Positions 1 through 9,074 of a stretch of 64,000 nt of DNA are shown here, in pieces. The stretch's first letter is position 1. Each line of letters begins with the position of its first letter. The notes beneath the pieces are model-generated. The model saw only the letters and a list, made by a program, of their open reading frames with translations, made no database searches and was not told the DNA's origin. The DNA comes from an uncultured delta proteobacterium (GTDB lineage Bacteria > Desulfobacterota > Desulfomonilia > UBA1062): NCBI GenBank assembly GCA_963785235.1, contig CAWAUM010000010.1, positions 160,001 through 224,000 of the forward strand, read 5' to 3'. The position numbers and the translations under genes were made by a program.

Positions 1-626
1 AGGATGCGCTCTTCAATGACAGGGTGACGACGCCTGGCATTTGCAGGCAGCATGACCCACTCGGCCGGGTGCCGTTCCAGGCTGGGGATTTTTTGTGCCA
101 AGGGCTCGGACAGCTCCACAATACCCATGGAGTGTGCGATCCGTGTGGTGGTGCGCACCATGACGGGAGTGCCGAATTCCTCGCTGATGGCAAAGGCCTC
201 CCTTGTGAAATCCTTTGCCTCCTGCGAACTTGAAGGCTCAAGCATGGCGATCTTGGCAAACCTGGCATAATGCCGGTTGTCCTGCTCATTCTGGGAGGAG
301 AACAACTCGGGGTCATCCGCGCTGATGAGCACTATACCACCTCGTATAAGGGTATATGGCAATGTCATGAGCGGGTCTGCCGCCACATTCACCCCTACAT
401 GCTTCATGACTGCCAATGCCCGTGCGCCTGTGTACGATGCACCCACAGCCACTTCCAGGGCAACCTTCTCGTTGGGCGCCCATTCGGAATGGATGTCTTT
501 GTATTCTTTTGCCATTGTTTCAAGGATCTCGGTGCTGGGTGTGCCGGGATATGCTGCGGCAAAAGAAATACCTGCCTCATACGCACCCCGTGCCACCGCC
601 TCATTGCCGCTGAGGATCTTCTTCAT
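1..626 (-). CDS. iorA: Indolepyruvate (arylpyruvate):ferredoxin oxidoreductase alpha subunit, 5' part (runs off the window)
   Basis: Not in the ORF track. Manual translation from ATG 626 gives MKKILSGNEAVARGAYEAG...AYPGTPSTEI...EWAPNEKVALEVA...MKHVGVNVAADPL...SADDP...SSQNEQDNR, the typical IorA N-terminus. RBS AGGAGAGGGA upstream. Confidence 0.95.
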   Translation of the reverse strand, partial: MKKILSGNEAVARGAYEAGISFAAAYPGTPSTEILETMAKEYKDIHSEWAPNEKVALEVAVGASYTGARALAVMKHVGVNVAADPLMTLPYTLIRGGIVLISADDPELFSSQNEQDNRHYARFAKIAMLEPSSSQEAKDFTREAFAISEEFGTPVMVRTTTRIAHSMGIVELSEPLAQKIPSLERHPAEWVMLPANARRRHPVIEERI

Positions 627-646
627 AGGTCATCCCTCTCCTGGCT

Positions 647-684
647 CAAAATAAAAAAAGGCCATGGGTTTTGCCCATGGCCTT
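647..684 (-). terminator. Intrinsic terminator of the iorA attenuator
   Basis: Minus strand reads AAGGCCATGGG-CAAAA-CCCATGGCCTT and continues into a T-run (TTTTTTTATTTT), about 20 nt upstream of the iorA start. Confidence 0.93.
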
Positions 685-710
685 GTCTGTTAGCTTACCG
701 GCAACCAGGC

Positions 711-779
711 CTATGGGCAAACGCCCTTCCTAAAGTAAAAGCCGTAATAATAAGCCCGGGTTGCTGTCTTTTCGAACAT
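711..779 (-). CDS. Tyr/Phe-rich attenuator leader peptide MFEKTATRAYYYGFYFRKGVCP (22 aa)
   Basis: ATG at 779, TAG at 713-711. Codon cluster TAT TAT TAC GGC TTT TAC TTT. The stop codon lies inside the antiterminator arm. Confidence 0.88.
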   Translation of the reverse strand: MFEKTATRAYYYGFYFRKGVCP

Positions 780-1138
780 CGCTTTGTATTTCCACGTACA
801 GGGGCTCTCTGTCAAGAGGTTTTTCAAGACTGATCAAAAGGCTTGAGTAAAGAAATCACCATGGCCATGGAATTGTTTTTTAAAGTTAGAGCCGCCAAGT
901 GTCATGTCCTGGTAAACAAGGCATAGCCATTGAGGGGAAATTTATCTCGTTGGCCCCTTTTTATCTTATCCCGGCAATGTGATTTTACTGCATTTTATGA
1001 AGATGCAACTCACTATGGGCTTGCATTTCAAGCAGAATTATGCTAAATGATAGTATTCCGATTAAAACAGCATGGAAGATGACACGATCGGATGCTCTAT
1101 ACAGTATCATTTTAATGTGATGACGGGAGGGATACCCA

Positions 1139-2368
1139 ATGAAAAAAGCATCATGCCTGATTTTATTAATGGCCCTTTTTGTCAGTGCCTGCAGCACGAG
1201 CAATAACTCTGTTTCCCTTATACAGAATAAAGACTATCAGCATGCCCTCATGGAGATACTTCCCATTGCCGAGCAGGGAAATGCCCAAGCCCAGTATAAC
1301 CTTGGACTCATGTATATCAATGCATGGGGGGTGTCTCAGGATTTTCTCAAGTCAGCCAGATGGTTCCAGAAGGCAGCGGAAAACGGTAACGTGGATGCCC
1401 AGTTCAATCTGGGAATCATGTATTATAAAGGCATGGGAGTTACACGCAACTATGCCGAAGCTGCCAAATGGTTCACCGAGGCCTCGGAACAGGGTTATGT
1501 AAAGGCGCAGAGCAATCTCGGATTCATGTATTACAGGGGTCTGGGCGTCAAGCAGGACTATGGAAAGGCTGAAAAGTGGTACCGCAAGGCTGCAAATCAA
1601 GGTGATGTGGAGGCCCAAAGGCGCCTGGGAAATATCTATTATCATGGAAAGGATATAGCCCAGGATCTGAAAGAGGCTGCTCGTTGGTACCGCAAGGCCG
1701 CGGATCAAGGCAATGTTGAATCACAGAGCATTCTCGGAGACATCTACAGTAACGGAGCGGGTGTAGCAAAAAACTATGCAGAGGCCATCAAGTGGTACTC
1801 CCTGGCTGCCATACAGGGGAATACCCATTCCCAGAGCAGCCTTGGGTTTATTTATCTCAACGGCGAGGGCGTGCATCAAAATTTTTCCGATGCCGCCTAC
1901 TACTTCCGCATGGCTGCAGAGCAGGGTAATAACCTTTCACAGGGTTATGTCGGTTATTTCTATGACCACGGCCTGGGCGTGCCTCAGGACTATACTGAGG
2001 CAGCCAAGTGGTATCTCATGGCAGCCGAACAGGGTGATGCCGTCATTCAGTTCAACCTCGGCCTCCTGTACTCGAGCGGCAAGGGCGTCCAGCAAAACTA
2101 CGAAGAGGCTGCCAAGTGGTTTCAGAAGTCTGCAGAGCAAGGTTACGACAAGGCTTTGTACAACTTAGGGCTTCTGTACAGCAACGGCAACGGGGTACCA
2201 AAGGATTATATGCAGGCCTATTTATGTTTCAAACTCGCAGCTGAACAAGGTATTGAGACTGCAAACACCTATCTCGAAACCATGGCACAACAGATGACGC
2301 CCGCCCAGATTGCGCAGGCGCAGGAAATGGCAAAGGCATGGAAGCAGCCGGCAAGCTCTGCGAATTGA
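1139..2368 (+). CDS. Sel1-like repeat (SLR/TPR) lipoprotein
   Basis: Lipobox-like FVSAC followed by about 9 repeats of AQxxLGxxYxxGxGVxQDYxEAxKWYxKAAEQG. Confidence 0.92.
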   Translation: MKKASCLILLMALFVSACSTSNNSVSLIQNKDYQHALMEILPIAEQGNAQAQYNLGLMYINAWGVSQDFLKSARWFQKAAENGNVDAQFNLGIMYYKGMGVTRNYAEAAKWFTEASEQGYVKAQSNLGFMYYRGLGVKQDYGKAEKWYRKAANQGDVEAQRRLGNIYYHGKDIAQDLKEAARWYRKAADQGNVESQSILGDIYSNGAGVAKNYAEAIKWYSLAAIQGNTHSQSSLGFIYLNGEGVHQNFSDAAYYFRMAAEQGNNLSQGYVGYFYDHGLGVPQDYTEAAKWYLMAAEQGDAVIQFNLGLLYSSGKGVQQNYEEAAKWFQKSAEQGYDKALYNLGLLYSNGNGVPKDYMQAYLCFKLAAEQGIETANTYLETMAQQMTPAQIAQAQEMAKAWKQPASSAN

Positions 2369-2465
2369 GGAACTCAAAAACGTTCATTTATCGAGATCTA
2401 TTGTATGTATTAAATATTTTTCTCTGGCCCTAGGTTCCCTTCCTGTGCCGGAAACGATACCTGAG

Positions 2466-2497
2466 ATTTTTCAACAACCCATTTTTCAACAACCCAT
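2466..2497. repeat. 15-bp tandem duplication (ATTTTTCAACAACCC)x2
   Basis: Two adjacent identical units seen directly. Confidence 0.8.
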
Positions 2498-2542
2498 ATT
2501 AATGATGGATTCCTTTGAAAGCATCCCCTATATGATTAATGC

Positions 2543-3151
2543 ATGAACAGGATACTGATTCTCTTTGCACATCCACGTTATGAGAAGTCCCGGATCAACC
2601 GGTCCCTGCTGGCACAACTCGCAGGGTCAGAGGGTATCACCACCCATGACTTGTATGAGCTGTATCCGGATTTCAATATTGATGTGGAGCGCGAGAAAAG
2701 CCTGCTGCTGGAACATGACATCATCATCTGGCAGCACCCTTTCTACATGTACAGCGCACCGGCCATCATCAAGCAGTGGATCGACATGGTACTTGAATTC
2801 GGATGGGCGCATGGGGCAGGGGTTGACAATCTCAAGGGCAAGATCGCCTTCAATACCATCACCGCAGGCGGCACAAGGGAATCATATGACAGGGTCGGAT
2901 TCAACCGCTATACCATGCAAGAGTTCCTCTATCCCTTTGAACAGACCGCCAGGCTCTGCAAGATGCATTACCTGCCCCCCTTTGCGGTACAGGGGACATA
3001 CCGCCTAAGCAATGCAGAGCTCTCGGGGTACGCAGCATTGTATAAAGCCATGCTTACGTTCCTCTCCCATTGTGATTTTTCCGAAGACATGCATTTACAC
3101 CCCTACCTCAATGACTGGTTCCTGGAAAAACAGGAGAAAAAGGGACCATGA
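2543..3151 (+). CDS. KefF/KefG-type NAD(P)H oxidoreductase (flavodoxin-like ancillary subunit)
   Basis: ILFAHP, HDLYELYPDFNIDVEREK and WQHPFYMYSAPA motifs; overlaps the Kef transporter start. Confidence 0.9.
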   Translation: MNRILILFAHPRYEKSRINRSLLAQLAGSEGITTHDLYELYPDFNIDVEREKSLLLEHDIIIWQHPFYMYSAPAIIKQWIDMVLEFGWAHGAGVDNLKGKIAFNTITAGGTRESYDRVGFNRYTMQEFLYPFEQTARLCKMHYLPPFAVQGTYRLSNAELSGYAALYKAMLTFLSHCDFSEDMHLHPYLNDWFLEKQEKKGP

Positions 3152-5019
3152 CCGCCGGCTTTCTTCCCCAGGCACTGGTCTACCTGACGGCTGCCATTAT
3201 CTGCGTACCGGTTACCAAGCGTCTCGGCATGGGGTCGGTCCTGGGGTATCTCCTGGCAGGCATGCTCATAGGGCCGTATTTTCTCGGGTTCGTAGGCGCC
3301 GAAGGCCAGGACATCATGCACTTTGCCGAGTTCGGGGTAGTCATGATGCTCTTTCTCATCGGCCTTGAGCTTGAACCCTCCCACTTCTGGCCCATGCGAA
3401 GCCGCATCCTGGGCATGGGCACCGTGCAGGTCTCTGCCACGACACTGCCGGCAGCTGCAGGACTTATGCTTCTGGGCTTTTCATGGCAGGCAGCCCTTGC
3501 CTCAGGCCTTGCCATAGCAATGTCTTCAACAGCCATCGTTCTCCAGTCCATGAAGGAAAAGGGCCTGGGAGACACCAATGCAGGAAAGAGCTCTTTTTCC
3601 GTTCTCCTGTTTCAGGACATCACCGTGATACCTGTACTGGCTTTTCTTCCGCTGCTTGCAACCACTACCATACACAGCGATACAGGTCACTCCCTGCAGA
3701 TGCTCGAAGGGTTGCCGGGCTGGCTCCAGGCAGCGGCGGTCCTGGGGGCAGTCTCGTTCGTGGTCCTTGCCGGACGCTTTATCATCGTTCCTTTCCTGAG
3801 ACTCATGGCTCTCACCAACCTCAGGGAGCTTCTTACTGCTGGTGCCCTGCTCATCATTATCGCCACGGCCGGCCTCATGCAGCTGGTGGGCCTGAGCCCG
3901 GCCCTTGGCACCTTCCTGGCAGGGGTAGTCCTTGCCAACAGCGAGTTCAGACACGAACTTGAAAGCGACATCGAGCCTTTCAAGGGCCTTCTCCTGGGAC
4001 TTTTTTTCATAGCAGTCGGCGCGTCCATCAATTTCAGGCTCATTGTGGATTCGCCGTTTCAGATCCTGTCCCTGGTCTTCCTCATCATTGCCTTGAAGAC
4101 CATCATACTCATGGCAACCGGCAGGTTCTTCAAGCTCTCCTTTGACCAGAACCTCATCTTTGCCCTCGGGTTGTCCCAGGTGGGAGAATTCGCCTTTGTG
4201 CTCTTTGCCTTCATACACCAACTGGGCATCCTGTCTCCTCACTGGACAGACATTATGATGGCTGTAACCGCACTCAGCATGACCGTTACCCCTTTTCTGC
4301 TCTTCATCAATGAGCACTTCATCCTCCGTCATTTCGGTACCCTGGAGGTCCAGAAGATACAAGCAGCAGATGCCATCGATGTCCAGCATCCGGTCATCAT
4401 TGCCGGGTTCGGCGATTTCGGCAGCACCATCGGCCGTTTCTTAAGGGCGAACGGCATCGAGGCAACGATCCTGGATAACGATTCCGACCGGGTAGACCTG
4501 CTGAGAAAAATGGGGTTCAAGGTTTTTTACGGTGATGCCACCAGGTTCGATATCCTCAAATCAGCAGGCGCTGAAGAAGCAAAGATACTCATTGCAGCAA
4601 TCTCGGATCCGTCCACTCACCATGAGCTCATTGACCGGCTGCAGAAGCACTTTCCGGATTTAAAGCTCATGGTCAGGGTAAAGGACAGGGCCGAGGCCTA
4701 TGATTTGATCGACCTTGGACTGGGTGATGTGTATCGTGAATCACTCGACACATCGGTAAGACTCGGAGTGGATGTACTCATAAAGCTTGGACACAGAAGG
4801 TACAGCGCAACCCGGGCAGGCCAGAACTTCTTAAAGAACGACGAGGCAGCTCTGACAAAACTGGCCCCGCACCGCCATGATGAAAAGTCATACATATTCA
4901 ACGCCCGTGAGCAGATCCGCCTGCAGGAGCAGCTCCTGGCCGATGACCGCAACGCGAACCCGGCACTCAACGATCATGCCTGGGAGAACGACCGGTACAT
5001 GGACGAGCAGGAAAAATAA
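3148..5019 (+). CDS. KefB/KefC-type CPA2 K+/H+ antiporter with KTN domain
   Basis: AEFGVVMMLFLIGLEL, VLLFQD, HELESDIEPFKGLLLGLFF, GFGDFG...YGDATR. Confidence 0.93.
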   Translation: MTAGFLPQALVYLTAAIICVPVTKRLGMGSVLGYLLAGMLIGPYFLGFVGAEGQDIMHFAEFGVVMMLFLIGLELEPSHFWPMRSRILGMGTVQVSATTLPAAAGLMLLGFSWQAALASGLAIAMSSTAIVLQSMKEKGLGDTNAGKSSFSVLLFQDITVIPVLAFLPLLATTTIHSDTGHSLQMLEGLPGWLQAAAVLGAVSFVVLAGRFIIVPFLRLMALTNLRELLTAGALLIIIATAGLMQLVGLSPALGTFLAGVVLANSEFRHELESDIEPFKGLLLGLFFIAVGASINFRLIVDSPFQILSLVFLIIALKTIILMATGRFFKLSFDQNLIFALGLSQVGEFAFVLFAFIHQLGILSPHWTDIMMAVTALSMTVTPFLLFINEHFILRHFGTLEVQKIQAADAIDVQHPVIIAGFGDFGSTIGRFLRANGIEATILDNDSDRVDLLRKMGFKVFYGDATRFDILKSAGAEEAKILIAAISDPSTHHELIDRLQKHFPDLKLMVRVKDRAEAYDLIDLGLGDVYRESLDTSVRLGVDVLIKLGHRRYSATRAGQNFLKNDEAALTKLAPHRHDEKSYIFNAREQIRLQEQLLADDRNANPALNDHAWENDRYMDEQEK

Positions 5020-5143
5020 CCCGATAGAACGGGAAACTGTAGATACTCAAACCCTATCAGCCTGCCCGGGCCATTATTTCCCTGGAAAGTCCGGTGATTG
5101 ATGTAAGCAGGATTCTAAAGGATCTGTACTCGATTAATAACGA

Positions 5144-5320
5144 TTACCTTGTCTGAAAATAATAACCAGGATAGCCCAATGTACTATCGATGTTCATGTT
5201 TACACTAACCTGATGAGGACAAGACAAGAGAACGGCATCAGAGACACCATCCATTGCCCACAGGTATTCAGGTATCCACAGAGATGTCACGGCAGCCAAA
5301 ATAATCAACACTCTCTTCAT
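5144..5320 (-). CDS. Small ORF (58 aa) with signal-peptide-like N-terminus; possibly a truncated relic
   Basis: MKRVLIILAAVTSLWIPEYLWAMDGVSDAVLLS... with RBS-like AGAGGAAG; below the ORF-track cutoff. Confidence 0.35.
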   Translation of the reverse strand: MKRVLIILAAVTSLWIPEYLWAMDGVSDAVLLSCPHQVSVNMNIDSTLGYPGYYFQTR

Positions 5321-5653
5321 AACTAGCTTCCTCTTATGTGTATGTGGCCGTCAAAATCGTTCCCCTGAAATCTCATTGGGTAATAAAATGGACTATCAAA
5401 ATAAAGTGATCATTTTCTATTAGTAGAGCAAAAAACATGCCCCACAATATTGATCATACTATTATAGTGTTATGAATTAATCATGGGAAGTTCACCGCTG
5501 AATAGTGGCAATAGTTTTCCCTTTCATGAGACAAATAATTGGAATTTTTCAGCAGGATCTCATTTACTACCTCTTTTATCCATTTATAATGATCCTTGAC
5601 ATGAACAGTCGAGTTCTTATAGCCTCCCAAATCCTGGAGAAGGATTGATCCGT

Positions 5654-6736
5654 ATGAGCATGATTGAGGCATGGATCGCATTAGACCTCTTGCCGGCCAT
5701 TGGCCCAAGAACAGCGCAGAGGCTCATTCAGATCTATGGGAAACCTGAAACCATCCTGGCCAAGCCGGTCTCTGAACTCAAAAACTTGAGTCTCCTGAAT
5801 AAGGCACAGCTCGATTCCCTTGCAAACGGTCCTGATTATAAGCGGGTGAAGGAGGTGCTGTGCAAACTCGATTCCCTAGGAGCCTATGCCGTTTGCATGG
5901 ATGACCCTGCCTATCCGCCACTACTGAAAGAGATCGATGATCCTCCGAGCGTGCTCTATATCAAGGGCAGCCTTGATGATTTACAACCCGCTGTAGCCAT
6001 TGTGGGCACACGATATCCTTCCCATTATGGAAAGGATATGGCCTTCAGACTTGCGCAGAGCTTGAGTGTCCAGGGCATCTCCATTATATCGGGGCTTGCC
6101 CGCGGCATAGATGGGCAGGCGCACCTTGGTGCGTTGGATGGTATTGCCCAGACTGTTGCCGTGCTGGGCTGTGGCATTGATGTTATCTACCCCCCTGAAC
6201 ACGCTAAACTATTCGAGAGCATAACAGCCAAAGGCGCCGTCATTACGGAACTCCCTCCGGGAACCAGCCCTGACGCCAAGAATTTTCCCAGGCGGAACCG
6301 TATTATTTCAGGCCTGTGCCAGGGTGTGATTGTTGTAGAGGCGACCCTGAGGTCCGGGGCCATGATCACGTCGCGATATGCCCTTGAACAGGGCAAACTC
6401 ATCATGGCTGTCCCGGGCAACGTTACGAATCCACGCTCACAGGGCACGCACCAACTAATCCGCCAGGGCGCGGTCCTTATCCGGGACGCAGATGACGTGC
6501 TGGCTGAGATTGCACCCCAGATTACGGGCCTACTCGATAAATGTAAACCGTCCTTGACAGGAACCGATGTTATTCTTACCCTGGTGGCTGCATCACCATT
6601 GAGTATCGATGATATCGCTATTCAACTCAATATAGATATTATGGAAGCAAGCCGAAGGGTCAGTATGCTCGAACTCACCGGGGCTGTAGAACGGATTGAA
6701 GGAAATAGATACGCATTAAGGAGCATGAATGGCTAA
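5654..6736 (+). CDS. dprA: DNA-processing protein DprA (Smf)
   Basis: DPPSVLYIKG, VAIVGTR, ISGLARGID, FPRRNRIISG motifs; usual position before topA. Confidence 0.95.
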   Translation: MSMIEAWIALDLLPAIGPRTAQRLIQIYGKPETILAKPVSELKNLSLLNKAQLDSLANGPDYKRVKEVLCKLDSLGAYAVCMDDPAYPPLLKEIDDPPSVLYIKGSLDDLQPAVAIVGTRYPSHYGKDMAFRLAQSLSVQGISIISGLARGIDGQAHLGALDGIAQTVAVLGCGIDVIYPPEHAKLFESITAKGAVITELPPGTSPDAKNFPRRNRIISGLCQGVIVVEATLRSGAMITSRYALEQGKLIMAVPGNVTNPRSQGTHQLIRQGAVLIRDADDVLAEIAPQITGLLDKCKPSLTGTDVILTLVAASPLSIDDIAIQLNIDIMEASRRVSMLELTGAVERIEGNRYALRSMNG

Positions 6737-9074
6737 ATCTCTGGTAATTGTAGAATCACCCGCTAAGGCAAGGACCATCAAGCGATACCTTGGAAAAGGC
6801 TTCGAGGTGGAGGCCACCATGGGTCACATCAAGGACCTGCCCAAAAACAAGATCAACATAGACATGGAGAACGGCTTTCTGCCGGCATACAAGGTGATAC
6901 CGGCCAAGCGTGATGTAGTGAAGAAGATAAAAAGCCTGGCGGATAAGGCCGATAACGTCTATCTCGCATCCGACCCTGACCGCGAGGGCGAGGCTATTGC
7001 ATGGCATGTTGCAGAAGAGATCAAGAAGCCCGATTCGGCTGTTTATCGCATCACCTTCCATGAAATTACCAAAAAGGCCATTGATGAAGCCCTGAAAAGC
7101 CCCAAGGAGCTGAACCACCAGCTCTATGATGCCCAGATGGCCAGAAGGTCCATGGACCGGATCGTGGGATACACCATGAGCCCGTTGTTGTGGAAGAATG
7201 TCAAGCGGGGCCTTTCCGGAGGCAGGGTGCAATCCGTAGCGCTTCGGCTCATATGCATGCGCCAGGAGGAGATCGAGTCCTTTGTTGCAAGGGAGTATTG
7301 GACCGTGGAGGCACTGCTCATGACACCTGCAGGCGATACCTTTATTGCCAAGGTAGTCATACCCAAGGAGATGCCGGATGACCGGAGCGCACTTGAGGTT
7401 CTTGAAAAGATCAATTCCGCCCCTGCCATCACCATCCAAAAGATAACACGGCAGGTGCGTACAAAGAATCCGCTCCCACCGTTTATCACATCGACCCTTC
7501 AGCAGGCGGCATCGTCGCGCCTGAGGTATTCAGCCAAAAAGACCATGATGCTCTCACAGCAGCTCTATGAGGGTCTGCCCATTGGAGGAGACGAAATAAC
7601 AGGTCTCATCACCTATATGCGAACAGATTCCCCGGTCATCTCGGAAGAGGCTATAGGCGAGGTGAGGCAATTCATTCCCCAGACCTTCGGGAATCCTTAT
7701 CTGCCGGAAAAGCCCAGGCGTTACAAGGCAAAGAAGTCCGCCCAGGAGGCCCACGAGGCCATCAGGCCCACGAGCCTTGCAAACACACCGGAATCCTTAC
7801 GGCCATACCTGAATGACGACCAGTTCGCCATCTATGACCTTATCTGGAAGCGCTTCATTGCATCCCAGATGAACAGCGCCACCTTTGATCAGACAAGTGT
7901 GGATATCTCTGCGGGCGATGTGGGCCTGAGGTCAACTGGCTCGATCATGACCTTTGACGGCTTCCTGAAAATCTATGATACCAACGGCGATGAAGATGAA
8001 AGCAGGCTTCCCGATTCCTTCAAGGAAGGAGACACCCTCAGGCTACAGAAGGTGGATAAGGCGCAGCATTTCACTCAGCCTCCCCCACGCTATACCGAAG
8101 CCGGCCTCATAAAGGAGCTTGAAGACAAGGGTATCGGCAGGCCGAGCACCTATGCCCCCACCATCTCCACCATCGTTGACAGGGGTTATGTAAGAATGGA
8201 GGCACGTTCCTTTATACCCACGGAACTTGGAAGGGATGTGAACACCCTGCTGGTAAAACATTATCCCCATATCCTCGATATCGGCTTTACTGCAAAGATG
8301 GAAGACTCCCTGGACCTCATTGAGGATGGCCAGGAGGCTTATGCAAAGGTAATGTCCGACTTCTACAAAACCTATAATACCGAGCATGAAAGCGCGCTGG
8401 TGAACATGGAAAACCTCAAGGCAGAGCTGCGGCCGTCGGGTTTGATGTGCCAGGTCTGTGGTAAGGAGATGCTCATAAAGCTCGGTAAAAACGGTTATTT
8501 TCTCGGTTGCGCAGGCTACCCGGACTGTACCAGCACCCAGGAGTACACCCGCGACGAATCAGGAAATATCCGTGCCGCTGAGGCAATAAAGGCCGAAGAG
8601 ACAGGGGAAGTCTGCGAGAAATGCGGCTCTCCCATGGTAATGAAACGCGGCAGGTTCGGACCGTTCATGGCCTGCAGCAACTACCCGGAATGCAAGAACA
8701 CCAAGCGCATCACCTTGGCGCCTGAACCCACCGATCGTATATGCGACAAGTGCGGGTCACAGATGGTTATACGCCATGGCCGTTTCGGTCCTTTCCTGGC
8801 GTGTGGCTCATATCCCACATGTAAAAACATCATGCCCTACCCCCTGGGCGTCAAGTGCGCCATGCCCGGATGCAAGGGAGAGATTGTCCAACAACGCTCA
8901 AAGAAGGGAAAGTCGTTCTATTCCTGCTCCGAAAAGGAATGCAAATTCATCAGCTGGACCAAACCCGTAATCAAGGAATGCTCAGGCTGCAGTGCAGGCT
9001 TCCTCGTAAAGAAAGGGACCAAGCTGATCTGCCCGAACCCTGAGTGCACGTACAGCGAAGATGTCCTTTCCTAG
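6729..9074 (+). CDS. topA: DNA topoisomerase I with C-terminal C4 zinc ribbons
   Basis: LVIVESPAKA, DPDREGEAIAWH, GRVQSVAL, ITYMRTDS, GIGRPSTYA. Confidence 0.97.
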   Translation: MAKSLVIVESPAKARTIKRYLGKGFEVEATMGHIKDLPKNKINIDMENGFLPAYKVIPAKRDVVKKIKSLADKADNVYLASDPDREGEAIAWHVAEEIKKPDSAVYRITFHEITKKAIDEALKSPKELNHQLYDAQMARRSMDRIVGYTMSPLLWKNVKRGLSGGRVQSVALRLICMRQEEIESFVAREYWTVEALLMTPAGDTFIAKVVIPKEMPDDRSALEVLEKINSAPAITIQKITRQVRTKNPLPPFITSTLQQAASSRLRYSAKKTMMLSQQLYEGLPIGGDEITGLITYMRTDSPVISEEAIGEVRQFIPQTFGNPYLPEKPRRYKAKKSAQEAHEAIRPTSLANTPESLRPYLNDDQFAIYDLIWKRFIASQMNSATFDQTSVDISAGDVGLRSTGSIMTFDGFLKIYDTNGDEDESRLPDSFKEGDTLRLQKVDKAQHFTQPPPRYTEAGLIKELEDKGIGRPSTYAPTISTIVDRGYVRMEARSFIPTELGRDVNTLLVKHYPHILDIGFTAKMEDSLDLIEDGQEAYAKVMSDFYKTYNTEHESALVNMENLKAELRPSGLMCQVCGKEMLIKLGKNGYFLGCAGYPDCTSTQEYTRDESGNIRAAEAIKAEETGEVCEKCGSPMVMKRGRFGPFMACSNYPECKNTKRITLAPEPTDRICDKCGSQMVIRHGRFGPFLACGSYPTCKNIMPYPLGVKCAMPGCKGEIVQQRSKKGKSFYSCSEKECKFISWTKPVIKECSGCSAGFLVKKGTKLICPNPECTYSEDVLS

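Larger units (their letters stand above)
647..779 (-). promoter_or_regulatory. Ribosome-mediated transcription attenuator upstream of iorA
   Basis: Leader peptide plus alternative helices: 764-750 with 714-701; 721-707 with 683-670; 684-674 with 668-658. Confidence 0.88.

Noticed and set aside
24-833. Plus-strand ORFs 270..833, 277..654 and others in the track
   Set aside because: They are antisense shadows of iorA and its leader.
1139-2368. Internal nucleotide repeats such as TGGTACCGCAAGGC
   Set aside because: Explained by Sel1 protein repeats.
2466-2497. 15-bp tandem repeat resembling an IS terminal repeat (also TTTGCAGCACCCTGC near 17514)
   Set aside because: No partner end or transposase remnant is visible; too short to call a mobile element.
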